Positions 52,085 through 61,655 of a stretch of 64,000 nt of DNA are shown piece by piece. The number at the start of each line of letters is the position of its first letter. The first letter of the stretch is position 1. The translations under genes and the position numbers were made by a program. The stretch is from an archaeon (lineage in GTDB: Archaea > Nanobdellota > Nanobdellia > Pacearchaeales > GW2011-AR1), in assembly GCA_043810865.1 (NCBI GenBank), contig JBDRNS010000005.1, positions 2,821 through 66,820 of the forward strand. The letters are read 5' to 3'. The notes under the pieces are model-generated. The model did no database searches. It worked only from the letters and a program-made list of their open reading frames with translations, and was not told the origin of the DNA.

Positions 52085-52366
52085 ATGAAATTATCAAATA
52101 TTTTGGCTGTGGGATTAGCGATTGCTGGTGTGGGTGTTTTTGGGAGTTGTGTTACCATGACTGCTCAGGAAAGATATTATCAATGTGTTGAGAGAGTTTC
52201 TGAAGATATGAGAAACATAAGAGAAGGGATTCAGTTTAATTTAAGAAGAGTCGGGAGTTCTCAAAGTTCTGCTAAAATATTTAATGGAAGATATGGAGAG
52301 GTTTATGCCCGTGCTTGTGAAGAAGAATATGGTGATTTTCAGAGAGAGTTGAAGAATTCTGATTAA
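52085..52366 (+). CDS. putative lipoprotein (orphan)
   Basis: MK + hydrophobic + FGSC. Confidence 0.6.
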   Translation: MKLSNILAVGLAIAGVGVFGSCVTMTAQERYYQCVERVSEDMRNIREGIQFNLRRVGSSQSSAKIFNGRYGEVYARACEEEYGDFQRELKNSD

Positions 52367-52926
52367 ATCTTTCCAACCAAATCCAAACCCGGCTTTAATG
52401 TTTTGCTTCCTGGTTTCCAATTTGCAGGGCAAACTTCTCCGCCGTGCTCTCTTGTAAATTGCGCGGCTTGTATTTTTCTGATTAGTTCATCTGCGCTTCT
52501 TCCAATACTGTTATCATGAATTTCAAATGCTTTCAAAATTCCGTCGGGGTCAATTATAAAAGTTCCTCTCAAAGCCAAACCCTCTTCTCTTATGTATGTT
52601 CCGAAAAGACGTGAGAGTTTTCCTGTCGGGTCTGCAAGCATTGGGAAATTAACTTTTTTTATTGCAGGCGAATTATCATGCCATGCCTTGTGAACAAATT
52701 CTGTGTCTGTTGAAACACTTAGAATTTCTGTGTTTAACTTTTTAAATGTCTCATAATTATTTGCGAGTTCTTCAAGTTCTGTCGGGCAGACAAATGTGAA
52801 ATCTGCAGGATAAAAGAAAACAACAATCCACTTGTCCTTATAGTCAGCGAGCTTTATGTTTTTTATTTTCTCTTCATGAAATGCCTTTGCTTCAAATTCC
52901 GGGACTTTTTCATTTATGCGTATCAT
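52363..52926 (-). CDS. ahpC: peroxiredoxin (alkyl hydroperoxide reductase C)
   Basis: FYPADFTFVCPTE, GEVCPANW. Confidence 0.97.
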   Translation of the reverse strand: MIRINEKVPEFEAKAFHEEKIKNIKLADYKDKWIVVFFYPADFTFVCPTELEELANNYETFKKLNTEILSVSTDTEFVHKAWHDNSPAIKKVNFPMLADPTGKLSRLFGTYIREEGLALRGTFIIDPDGILKAFEIHDNSIGRSADELIRKIQAAQFTREHGGEVCPANWKPGSKTLKPGLDLVGKI

Positions 52927-52965
52927 TTTAATTTAGAATGGTTAATGTTTAAAAGTTTTGTTGTT

Positions 52966-53226
52966 CTAAAACTCAATCTTAACATCGCTGTTTTTTATTC
53001 TGCACTGGCATGCAAGCCGGTGTTTTTTGTCGCGTTCCAAATCCATTTCTTTTTCTGTTAGTTCTGATAAATTATTTTCTCCTGATATAACATCAATCAT
53101 ACATGTTCCGCAAGTTCCTTTTGAGCAATTGAACGGAACGCCGAGTTCTTCACATGCTTCACGAATTTCATTTCCTTCCTGAATTTCAACGAAATCATTT
53201 GTTAGGTTATTTATTATTTTTGGCAT
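52966..53226 (-). CDS. 2Fe-2S ferredoxin
   Basis: CSKGTCGTC...RLACQC. Confidence 0.92.
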   Translation of the reverse strand: MPKIINNLTNDFVEIQEGNEIREACEELGVPFNCSKGTCGTCMIDVISGENNLSELTEKEMDLERDKKHRLACQCRIKNSDVKIEF

Positions 53227-53256
53227 AAAAAACAAAGAAAAAGGTTTTATATAAAA

Positions 53257-53541
53257 TTAACTCTTTAGTCGGGGGTTTGGGAATCTTTTGTTTTTTAGGA
53301 AATTTCTTACTAAGTCCCCTTCTACACTTCCTTCAGTTACAGGACTAACTACTGAAATGTCAACGCCATTTTCTTCTCTTATTCTGTAATTTCTAATATA
53401 ACCAATAACTTCTGTTTCTTGAGTTCTTTGAACATATAAATCTACTCCTCTATGAAGAACAACCAATAAATTTCTTTCGTTGTGGTGCAGTATTCTCTCT
53501 TTTAATCCAGGAAGATGACGATATTCAATTGTTTTAGCCAT
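53257..53541 (-). CDS. hypothetical protein (orphan)
   Basis: 94-aa ATG ORF with CTTATAAA upstream. Confidence 0.55.
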   Translation of the reverse strand: MAKTIEYRHLPGLKERILHHNERNLLVVLHRGVDLYVQRTQETEVIGYIRNYRIREENGVDISVVSPVTEGSVEGDLVRNFLKNKRFPNPRLKS

Positions 53542-53591
53542 ATTATTTTCTAGAAGGTTTATTTATAAGAATTTATGTTTTACATCAGTTA

Positions 53592-54539
53592 TTACTCTTT
53601 GTTGATATATTCATAAGCGCTGTAAGCTGCTGTGCAACCGTCGGCGACTCCTGTGATTAATTGTTTAAACGGTTTGTCTGTCACGTCGCCTGCCGCGAAA
53701 ATTCCAGAGATGTTTGTTTCAGATGTCATGTGATTTATTATGATTTCATTTTTTTTATTTAGTTTTACGCCGAGCGGTTTTGCCAAATCAGAAAGAATAA
53801 TGTGCCCGATTGCGATGAAAATTCCTTCCAATCTTAATTCTTTGCTTCCTTTGTATTGTTTGTCCAGAATAACTGACTCGACATTATTTTTTCCTTTAAC
53901 TTCAACAATGTTTGTGTTGTTTATTACTTCTATTTTTTTGTTGTTTTTTATTCTTTGCAAGTTTATTGGTTCTGGATGTATCTGGGAACCCCGGTAAATT
54001 ATGTAGACATTTTTTGCGTGTTCGCTTAAAAGAAGAGCGTCTTTTGCCGCGCTATCCGAGCCGCCCACTACTGCAATTGTTTTGTTTTTGTAGAGCGGAC
54101 CGTCGCATAAAGCACAGTAACTTATTCCTCTGTTCTCAAATTCCCTGCTTCCTTTTACATTTTCAGGAAGTTTTCTCCATTTTGTTCCTGTCGCAAATAA
54201 AATAGTTTTTCCTTCATAAGAATTTTTGTTTGTTTTTATAGAGAACAAATTTTTTTCTTTTTTTATATTTTCAACTTTTTCATTTTTTATTTCAACCAAA
54301 TCATAACTTCGCGCGTGCTCTTCAATTTTTTTTGCGAGTTCAAATCCTGAGAGTTTTATGAAGCCAGGATAGTTTTCAACTATGTTTGTTGTTGTTATTA
54401 CGCCGCCGACAGGCAGTTCTGTTCCGTGTGTAAAACCCAAAACCAGAGTTTTCATTCCCAGACGTGCAGAATACATTGCTGCTGCCAGTCCTGTTCCGCC
54501 TGCGCCGATTATGATGAAGTCGAATTTTTTTTCTGCCAT
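53592..54539 (-). CDS. trxB: thioredoxin reductase
   Basis: IIGAGGTG, ENYPG, CALCDG, GGSDSA, AAGD. Confidence 0.93.
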   Translation of the reverse strand: MAEKKFDFIIIGAGGTGLAAAMYSARLGMKTLVLGFTHGTELPVGGVITTTNIVENYPGFIKLSGFELAKKIEEHARSYDLVEIKNEKVENIKKEKNLFSIKTNKNSYEGKTILFATGTKWRKLPENVKGSREFENRGISYCALCDGPLYKNKTIAVVGGSDSAAKDALLLSEHAKNVYIIYRGSQIHPEPINLQRIKNNKKIEVINNTNIVEVKGKNNVESVILDKQYKGSKELRLEGIFIAIGHIILSDLAKPLGVKLNKKNEIIINHMTSETNISGIFAAGDVTDKPFKQLITGVADGCTAAYSAYEYINKE

Positions 54540-54579
54540 TCTCTTAAAAAGAGTGATTTGTTTTTAAAAGTTTGCAGAT

Positions 54580-55941
54580 TTATAATCTTCTCTTGTAAAA
54601 AATCAAGGAAAACATTATTACATATCTACTTATTATGCTTGCAATTATTGCCCCATAAACTGCAAATAATTGCCCGTTGACAAGGAAAGTTTTTATGAAA
54701 GTATATGTAAGAATTACATTAAGGATTGTTGAAAGAATTAAAATTTTTGAAATCATTCTTGGTTTTCCTCTTGATATAAAATATGTTTCATAAAGAGATA
54801 TAATTGGATTGGAGATAATCACAATGGAAAAAATTCTTAAAATACCTGATGATACTGCGTAAGAACTTCCATAGATAATATTTATAATTAAAGGAGAAAA
54901 GATTATTAATAAAATCACAGAAATTAAGGATAGTAAAATTGTTACGCCTAAAAACTTATTAAAATCCCTTTCAATTTCTCTTTTTCCCAGCTTGCTGAAT
55001 ACCGGAAGCAGTGCAGCAGAAAAGGTTATTAATGCAATGATTCCTCCGACAAGCCCAAAGACAGCTCTGTAATAACCAACAAAATCTGCCAGGACAAAGT
55101 GCCCCAAAAACAAAATGTCTATTTCCCCGAAGAATAATCCTGATATGGCTATTGAAGGCATTGCAATCATAAATTTATTAATTTTTTTATTTTCACTTTC
55201 TGTTAGTTTTTCTTCTTTATGTCTTAGAAAATCAAATTTTTCTCTGGAAAAAAAGTAAATTATGGTAGTAGCAAATAATAATGAACCAGTTAGCCCAATG
55301 ATTATGAGTGAAATATTTATCTCATTGGAAAGAGAGTATTTTAGTCCAAGAATTATTAAAACGGGAACAATAATGACTCTTATTACCTGAAACAGGGTTT
55401 CTTTCCAGAAGATATTTTTAAAACTGTTTGAAGAAAACATTATGTCTTCCAAGATCTCAGAGATTCCGAGTAGAATAAGATATAATGCTCCTGCGATAAA
55501 ACCAAGGAATAAGGGCTTTTCAAATATATTATTTGCGAGATATCTCGAAACCAAAATTAAGGTAATCATTGAGGCGAACACAAGAAAAATTTTGATTTTT
55601 AAAAAATAAACAGCATATGCTTTAGCCTTAGCTTTTTTATTTCTTCCGAGTTCTTTTGAGATAAATCTTACAAAAGCGCTTCCGATTTCCAAATCAGAGA
55701 ACAGAGCAAAAACCATTATTACTGCAAGAACAATGCTATACAATCCGAAGAGCTCAGGCATCAAAAGTCTTGCAATTATTATTGTGAATATTAGGGAGCC
55801 AATCCTTGTAGCAAAAGAAGTAAGCATCATGAAAAAACTGTTTTTTATTTCAAGTCCTTCGCTTCCTGAAAAATCCTTTTTTCTTATTCTGTTGATAAAT
55901 TCTTTCAGAATAAACTCCTCTTTTTTCAGTAATTTGTTCAT
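54580..55941 (-). CDS. oligosaccharide flippase (Wzx/MOP family)
   Basis: IARLLMPELFGLYS, about 12 TM helices, VGYY. Confidence 0.85.
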   Translation of the reverse strand: MNKLLKKEEFILKEFINRIRKKDFSGSEGLEIKNSFFMMLTSFATRIGSLIFTIIIARLLMPELFGLYSIVLAVIMVFALFSDLEIGSAFVRFISKELGRNKKAKAKAYAVYFLKIKIFLVFASMITLILVSRYLANNIFEKPLFLGFIAGALYLILLGISEILEDIMFSSNSFKNIFWKETLFQVIRVIIVPVLIILGLKYSLSNEINISLIIIGLTGSLLFATTIIYFFSREKFDFLRHKEEKLTESENKKINKFMIAMPSIAISGLFFGEIDILFLGHFVLADFVGYYRAVFGLVGGIIALITFSAALLPVFSKLGKREIERDFNKFLGVTILLSLISVILLIIFSPLIINIIYGSSYAVSSGILRIFSIVIISNPIISLYETYFISRGKPRMISKILILSTILNVILTYTFIKTFLVNGQLFAVYGAIIASIISRYVIMFSLIFYKRRL

Positions 55942-55978
55942 AATGTGAATAAGAAAAAAATGTTTTTATAGCTGTTGA

Positions 55979-56593
55979 TTATTCAAGCGGGACTTTGGAA
56001 TCTTCGTTGTCTCTTGAAGCCCATGTTTTTATTTTTCCATAAACTCTTTTAAGAGGATTGTAATCCGGTGTTGCTCCTGAAAAACCTTTTAGCCCTAATC
56101 TAACTGTATCTGAAACCGGTCCTGAAAGCCCATAAGCCAAATCTTTATACCATCTTTCATCAGGGGTTTGAGATAAAATTAACCTGAATTCCAAATCATT
56201 TTTAACAAGATTTTCTTTTTTTGCAAAGTGTAGCGCTAGTTGGAATCTCATGAAATGCAGTTGGTAAGTGGAAATACCAAAATTATTAAGATTACTTTCT
56301 GTTTCTGAAAGTTTTATAATGTGTCTTACTTTGTCTATTGTATCTTCTCCTTCATTAATTCTTATCCTGCTTTCATCAACCCCTTCTTTAAGAAGTCTTT
56401 GTCTTATTCTTTCTCTTTGCGAGGTTTCGTATACCTGATTTCCCAAAGTTCCTTCAATAACCCATAAGCCATTATAATTCTGGATTTCACCGTATTCTTT
56501 TTCTATTTCATTTATGGCACACCATGTTCTCCATCTATCTATTTCAAGTGTTGGTCCTGTTGGTATTACTACTCCTCCATATTTTTCTTCCAT
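55979..56593 (-). CDS. divergent YdcF/DUF218-like protein
   Basis: L..GV...RI, EDTIDK, ISTYQLHFMR resemble DUF218 motifs. Confidence 0.5.
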   Translation of the reverse strand: MEEKYGGVVIPTGPTLEIDRWRTWCAINEIEKEYGEIQNYNGLWVIEGTLGNQVYETSQRERIRQRLLKEGVDESRIRINEGEDTIDKVRHIIKLSETESNLNNFGISTYQLHFMRFQLALHFAKKENLVKNDLEFRLILSQTPDERWYKDLAYGLSGPVSDTVRLGLKGFSGATPDYNPLKRVYGKIKTWASRDNEDSKVPLE

Positions 56594-56633
56594 AAAAAAT
56601 CTACAAAATAGGGGTTTTTAAAAATTGCGAAAA

Positions 56634-56704
56634 TGGTCCTAGGAGGAGTCGAACCTCCCCTTCCTCGGTGTAAACGAGGTGTTCTACCGATAGACTATAG
56701 GACC
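56634..56704 (-). tRNA. tRNA-Val(TAC), intronless
   Basis: GGTCCTA/TAGGACC+A, anticodon stem CCTCG/CGAGG with TT-TAC-AC, T-arm GGAGG-TTCGACT-CCTCC. Confidence 0.93.
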
Positions 56705-56793
56705 TTAAAAGTAAAATTGTTTATCTGTTAAAAAGGTTTTCTGTCACCACTCTTTCCCAAAAACTTTTAAAGGGTTCTTCTCCTTGATTTATC

Positions 56794-58626
56794 ATGGCTA
56801 ATAAAGAATCAGAAAATTTAGAGCAGGAAATTCCGGGAATGAATCTTGATAGCCGATATTCTGCAAGAAATCCTCTCCCAAAAGTTTCTACAGAAGCGCA
56901 GAAAGAAATGGAGAAGACGAAAAAAGAACTTGAGAAACTTAAGAATGCGATTGTTAAGAAGTATGATTTTATTCAGGCAATCGGAATTTTGCCGCCGCAG
57001 ACATTGAAGTCGTTTGTAGAGGATGAACTTGGCGAGAAAGGCAGAGAAATTCCCGAGGCGGAATTTGAAAAACTTCTGAAGAAAATTCACCTTTACATAA
57101 TTGTTCCTGAGGAAAAATTCAAAGAGATACCAAAAATAAAAAAAGAAATTGTCGGGGAAGTTGAGAAGTCAAAACAAAATGTCTGGCTTCATATCAAGAC
57201 ACCAGTTGATGTTTGGGAGACATGTCTTGACAGCAAGTTTGAACTTGTAAGTGCTATAGCAATGTCTTTTCCTCTTTATGACAAAGGAATTCTTAGCGCG
57301 TTGAGAGTTGCGGAGATTCACAAGTCACTTGTTTTGCAGAAATTTGAGAGGTATGTTGTTTCATATGTCCTCGGCGGAAGCTTGGTGAGGGGAGATGTGA
57401 CAAAAGAATCAGATGTTGATGTTTTTATAATTATTAATGATACCGACGTGAAAAGAATGCCGAGGATTGAACTTAAAGAACGACTGAGAAGCATAATTTT
57501 TCAGTATATTTCCGAAGCATTGGGGCTTGCGGGAATTAAGAAAAATCTTTTGAATGTTCAGGTTTATTTGCTTACAGATTTTTGGGAGGCGGTTAAGGAT
57601 GCGCATCCGGTTATGTTTACTTTTATCAGGGACGGTGTGCCGATTTATGACAGGGGAACTTTTATGCCGTGGAAAGCGCTTTTGAAAATGGGAAAACTGA
57701 AACCAAGTCCAGAGGCAATTGATTTGTTCATGTCTTCAGGAGACAAGACAGTTAAGAGAGCGAAGCTTGCACTGATGGATATTCTTGTTCATGATATTTA
57801 TTGGGGAGTCATAACTCCGAGCCAGGCATTGCTTATGCTTTACGGCTCGCCTCCGCCGACGCCAAAACAAATTGTGAAAGACATGGATAAAATTTTTGTT
57901 GAGAATGAAAAAATGCTTGAGAAAAAATACGTGAATATTCTTGAGAAAATTGTCGGGTTGTATAAAGATTACGAGCACGAGAAGTTGAAAGAGATTAAGG
58001 GTGCTGAAATTGACAAATTGCTTAAGGATACTGAGGACTATATTAAACGCCTCAAGGAATTGAGAGAGCAGATTGAAAAAAGAACGCAGGAAAAAACAAT
58101 CGGGCAGATTTACGACGATGTCTTCGGGCTTTTGGAAAATATATTCGGGAAGAAAACAAAGGACAAGCTTACGGAAGAATTTGAGAAGGAACTTGTCAAA
58201 ACAGGAAAACTTCCGCAGCAATCAACAAAAATTCTTAATAACATAGTTAATGCGCGTGCAGAGTTCAGGAAAGGAAAATCAAATTCGCAGAAAATTGATG
58301 ATGCGAGAAAGGAAGCGGCAATTCTTATCAATGATTTGATTGATTATTCACAAAGAAAAGAATTACTTGCCGTCGAGAAATCCAGAATAAAAATGAAATA
58401 TTCTGAAAACGGCAAGGAGAAACTTGCTGAACTTCTTGTCTGCAACGGGAAAAGTTTTTTGATTGTTGGAAATGTGATAAAGAAAATAACAAGCAAAATC
58501 GAAAATTCAAATATCAATGAACTTTCAAAAGCGGTTGAAGAAAGCAAAGGAAAGCCGACGGAAATTAATCCCAAAGTTTTTGAACTTGTGAAAAAAGAAA
58601 TCGGGGATTTTGAGATTGTGCTGTGA
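56794..58626 (+). CDS. minimal nucleotidyltransferase + HEPN-like domain protein (long form)
   Basis: LGGSLVRG...SDVDV, RDGVPIYD, helical C-terminal region. Confidence 0.8.
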   Translation: MANKESENLEQEIPGMNLDSRYSARNPLPKVSTEAQKEMEKTKKELEKLKNAIVKKYDFIQAIGILPPQTLKSFVEDELGEKGREIPEAEFEKLLKKIHLYIIVPEEKFKEIPKIKKEIVGEVEKSKQNVWLHIKTPVDVWETCLDSKFELVSAIAMSFPLYDKGILSALRVAEIHKSLVLQKFERYVVSYVLGGSLVRGDVTKESDVDVFIIINDTDVKRMPRIELKERLRSIIFQYISEALGLAGIKKNLLNVQVYLLTDFWEAVKDAHPVMFTFIRDGVPIYDRGTFMPWKALLKMGKLKPSPEAIDLFMSSGDKTVKRAKLALMDILVHDIYWGVITPSQALLMLYGSPPPTPKQIVKDMDKIFVENEKMLEKKYVNILEKIVGLYKDYEHEKLKEIKGAEIDKLLKDTEDYIKRLKELREQIEKRTQEKTIGQIYDDVFGLLENIFGKKTKDKLTEEFEKELVKTGKLPQQSTKILNNIVNARAEFRKGKSNSQKIDDARKEAAILINDLIDYSQRKELLAVEKSRIKMKYSENGKEKLAELLVCNGKSFLIVGNVIKKITSKIENSNINELSKAVEESKGKPTEINPKVFELVKKEIGDFEIVL

Positions 58627-58684
58627 TAAAAGATAGTTGTAAACTGAACAAAACATTTAAATATAATTCCCATTTTATTCTTCT

Positions 58685-58897
58685 ATGAAATTAAATATTG
58701 AAATAACAAAAGGTGAGAAATTTTTTATTGCGAGAGTTCCTGAATTGGGAGTTACAACGCAAGGAAGAACAGTGGAGGAAGCAAAGAAAAATCTTAAGGA
58801 AGCAGTTCAACTGCATCTTGAATCAGTGGTTGAATATATGATAGAAAAAGGTAATGTTAAAATTGATAATAACAAGATAATTTCTTCAAAAAATTAA
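58685..58897 (+). CDS. hicB: HicB antitoxin
   Basis: VPELGVTTQGRTVEEA..NL.EA. Confidence 0.92.
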   Translation: MKLNIEITKGEKFFIARVPELGVTTQGRTVEEAKKNLKEAVQLHLESVVEYMIEKGNVKIDNNKIISSKN

Positions 58898-58898
58898 A

Positions 58899-59117
58899 AT
58901 GTCTAAGTTGCCAAGAATTTCTGGCGTAGAGATTATAAAAATTTTGACTAAATTCTTTGGTTTTAGAACATTAAGGCAAAGAGGAAGTCATGTAACTCTT
59001 ACTAATGATTTGGTTTTTCTCACTGTTCCTTTACATTTGGAATCAGATAAGGGAACATTACTAGCAATTTTAAAAGACGCAAATATCTCAAGAGATGATT
59101 TTTTGGAATATGTTTGA
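58899..59117 (+). CDS. hicA: HicA mRNA interferase toxin
   Basis: GF..RQRGSH, TVPLH, GTL.AIL. Confidence 0.92.
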   Translation: MSKLPRISGVEIIKILTKFFGFRTLRQRGSHVTLTNDLVFLTVPLHLESDKGTLLAILKDANISRDDFLEYV

Positions 59118-59138
59118 AGTCAAATTCTTTAATAAGGA

Positions 59139-59423
59139 TTAAAGTTTTTCATTTGGGAGCGGCTCTTTCATACCCTGAAGTTTTTCTATTGTTCCTTCAT
59201 TTACTTTTGTTGCAAATTTTGCCAATTTTGAAAGTCCGAAAAATACGGCTGCAATTACGAGAAGAACCAAACCTACTTTCCAACTAAAAAGAAAAGATAT
59301 AACTGCAATAATAAGAAAAATTATAGATAACGCGAAAAGTATAACACGGCTTATTCTGTTTTTTGCATTAGAAACCTGAACGTGCATTGCTGTTAAGTCC
59401 AATGCAGTGTTTTTTATGCTCAT
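59139..59423 (-). CDS. small two-TM membrane protein
   Basis: hydrophobic hairpin. Confidence 0.65.
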   Translation of the reverse strand: MSIKNTALDLTAMHVQVSNAKNRISRVILFALSIIFLIIAVISFLFSWKVGLVLLVIAAVFFGLSKLAKFATKVNEGTIEKLQGMKEPLPNEKL

Positions 59424-59494
59424 TGTTTTTTCAAGAGAAGATGCTTTTTATATTTTATGAGAAGTTTTAAAAACTAAATTTCTTCTCTCATACA

Positions 59495-59761
59495 ATGGTT
59501 AAAGGTAAAGTTATTCAGTTTCGCAGAGGAAGGCACAAAATTCATGAAAAGCATTTTTTAATTGAAATTCCAAATGTTGCAACAAAAAAAGATGCGGAGA
59601 AATTTGTCGGCAAAAACGTGGAATGGATTTCTCCCGGAAAGTTAAAAAAAGTTATCAAAGGAAAAATCGCGGCGCCGCACGGGAATAAAGGTGTTGTTCG
59701 CGCGATTTTTGAGAAGGGCTTGCCTGGACAGGCGATAGCGACGGAGGTTGAGATAAATTAA
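59495..59761 (+). CDS. rpl35ae: 50S ribosomal protein L35Ae (eL33)
   Basis: FRRG, GKI..PHGNKGVVRAIFEKGLPGQA. Confidence 0.95.
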   Translation: MVKGKVIQFRRGRHKIHEKHFLIEIPNVATKKDAEKFVGKNVEWISPGKLKKVIKGKIAAPHGNKGVVRAIFEKGLPGQAIATEVEIN

Positions 59762-59762
59762 A

Positions 59763-60299
59763 ATGGGGCTTAGAAAGGCAGCGTCGTATTCAAAGAAGAA
59801 AGTTGTTCCTTATACGAGAATTAGCAAGAAGAAACAGAAGTCATTTATCAAGACAGTTCCGCAGCAGAAGATTGTTAAGTTTTCTATGGGAAATGAGCAG
59901 TTTTTTAGGGAAGGGAAACTGCCTTATGAGATTACAGTTATCACGACGGAGAAAGTTCAGATAAGAAACAATGCTCTTGAGGCGTGCAGACAGTATCTTA
60001 ACAAGCAGTTTGACAAGGCAATTCCCAAAGAATATTATTTCAGGATAATTCCGTTTCCGCACCATATTCAGAGGGAGAACAAAATGCTTACCGGGGCAGG
60101 GGCGGACAGAATGCAGACAGGAATGCAATTGTCTTTCGGGAAAGCGACGAACAAGGCGGCAATTTTGAAAAGGAATGACAGGATTTTTTTCGTGGCTGTT
60201 GCAAACAAAAAAGCGGAACAGCTTGTAAGAAATCTGGTGAAAAAGGTTCACCCTAAACTCCCGTGCAAGATAAAAATTATTTCTGAAGTCAAAAAATAA
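59763..60299 (+). CDS. rpl10e: 50S ribosomal protein L10e (uL16)
   Basis: QIRNNALEACR, RENKMLTGAGADRMQTGM..SFGK. Confidence 0.96.
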   Translation: MGLRKAASYSKKKVVPYTRISKKKQKSFIKTVPQQKIVKFSMGNEQFFREGKLPYEITVITTEKVQIRNNALEACRQYLNKQFDKAIPKEYYFRIIPFPHHIQRENKMLTGAGADRMQTGMQLSFGKATNKAAILKRNDRIFFVAVANKKAEQLVRNLVKKVHPKLPCKIKIISEVKK

Positions 60300-60330
60300 T
60301 TTTCAATGTGAAACAAACAGGATTATTTAT

Positions 60331-60490
60331 TTGTCTGCTCGTTTCACTCGCAGATATTAATATAAATTATTAAATAAATAATTCTTTAGTCCATAAATCA
60401 CTACCGGTTGATTTCTTTTAATTTGAATTGTCAATGATGAGCGAAGCGAGGGAAATTATTGATAACAAACTCGTGAACGAAGTGAGCGCG
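60331..60490 (+). repeat. dispersed repeat element, copy J
   Basis: left TTGTCTGCTCGTTTCACTCGC; two right-end modules GAGCGAAGCGAG and CGTGAACGAAGTGAGCGCG. Confidence 0.75.
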
Positions 60491-60553
60491 AGAAATTTTT
60501 AAGTAAAGTTTTGAGTATATAGAAATTTATAAATCCTGATTTTTATTTAAGAT

Positions 60554-60970
60554 ATGTTCTTTAGGAGTTTGCTGAACAGAGACGGAAACAGAGGAAATGA
60601 TTCTTTAGAGCAGGGTAATTCAAGATATCCTTTGGGAGAACTAAGAAGACACGTTGAAAGGAGAATTGAAATTGTTTATGTTGATTCTTTTATTGAGTCA
60701 GAAAAAAGAAAAAGAGAGATTAGGAGAGAATTGAACACTCTTGTTTTCCCGCCTTTTAAGGATGGTTTTTATTTAGGTTCCATGAATGGAGGGATTCCTA
60801 CTTTTGGTTTGGTTTATTTTAATCGCAAATATCCTGACGAATCAAGACAATACGTTTTGTCAATAGAGGATGAAAACGGAAAAGAAATTTACAGGAACCA
60901 CATTTCTCAGGAAAGGGTAAGACAATTTAATCATAGTTTGGTAAGGAATTCTCATTTGCACCTTAATTGA
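60554..60970 (+). CDS. hypothetical protein (orphan)
   Basis: 138-aa ORF, TTTATAAA at 60526. Confidence 0.6.
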   Translation: MFFRSLLNRDGNRGNDSLEQGNSRYPLGELRRHVERRIEIVYVDSFIESEKRKREIRRELNTLVFPPFKDGFYLGSMNGGIPTFGLVYFNRKYPDESRQYVLSIEDENGKEIYRNHISQERVRQFNHSLVRNSHLHLN

Positions 60971-61031
60971 TTATACTACCAAGTAGTAACACTATGGAAA
61001 GATTTATAAAGTTGGAATTTGTGTGATTTTT

Positions 61032-61655
61032 ATGGCTGAAGATAATCAAAAGGAGCTTACTCCTGAGGAAATGAGAGAAGAAATGAGAAAATCAAGAATG
61101 CAGGATTTAGAAAATGAATTCTATTTGGGTCTTGTTGGAGCTAATGCATTAAAAAGGAGCCCTGAATTATATGGAAAGATTGCAACTGAAATTGGTAATT
61201 CTTTATACTCTCAATTTATGACTGGCGATGATGCAGAAAAATTAAGGAAGAAGATGAGTAAGCAAGAAATGAGGGAGAGAGATGTTCTTGGAATTGCAGA
61301 TATGCCTGAATCTCCTTCAAATTATGCGGTTATGAAATTTGGTATAAGTGCTGTTCATAATGCTGTTGCAGGATTGCCTCTTGGGAATCTTGAAAATATA
61401 GTTAGGAAAGTTGCACCAGAAGTTAAATTAGAAATTCCAGAGCAATTAAGATTATATTCCGGAAATGAAGAAAAATTAAGTGAGGAAATTAGGGCAGATG
61501 TTAACAAATATAAGAATTTGGTTCTTACTGCAGTAACAGAGAGTGCTGCATATAAGTTAATTGATGCGCATAGATATGACGGATTAAATGCTACAGCAGA
61601 AGAGCTTGGAAAGAAATATAATCCAAAAGAAAGAGTTCTTGAAGTGAGAGAATAA
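61032..61655 (+). CDS. hypothetical protein (orphan, helical)
   Basis: ATG 61032 is 21 nt after TTTATAAA 61003-61010. Confidence 0.7.
   Translation: MAEDNQKELTPEEMREEMRKSRMQDLENEFYLGLVGANALKRSPELYGKIATEIGNSLYSQFMTGDDAEKLRKKMSKQEMRERDVLGIADMPESPSNYAVMKFGISAVHNAVAGLPLGNLENIVRKVAPEVKLEIPEQLRLYSGNEEKLSEEIRADVNKYKNLVLTAVTESAAYKLIDAHRYDGLNATAEELGKKYNPKERVLEVRE

Noticed and set aside
56634..59423. tRNA-Val-anchored genomic island
   Set aside because: No duplicated tRNA 3' end or integrase seen; hicBA lies on the 5' side of the tRNA.
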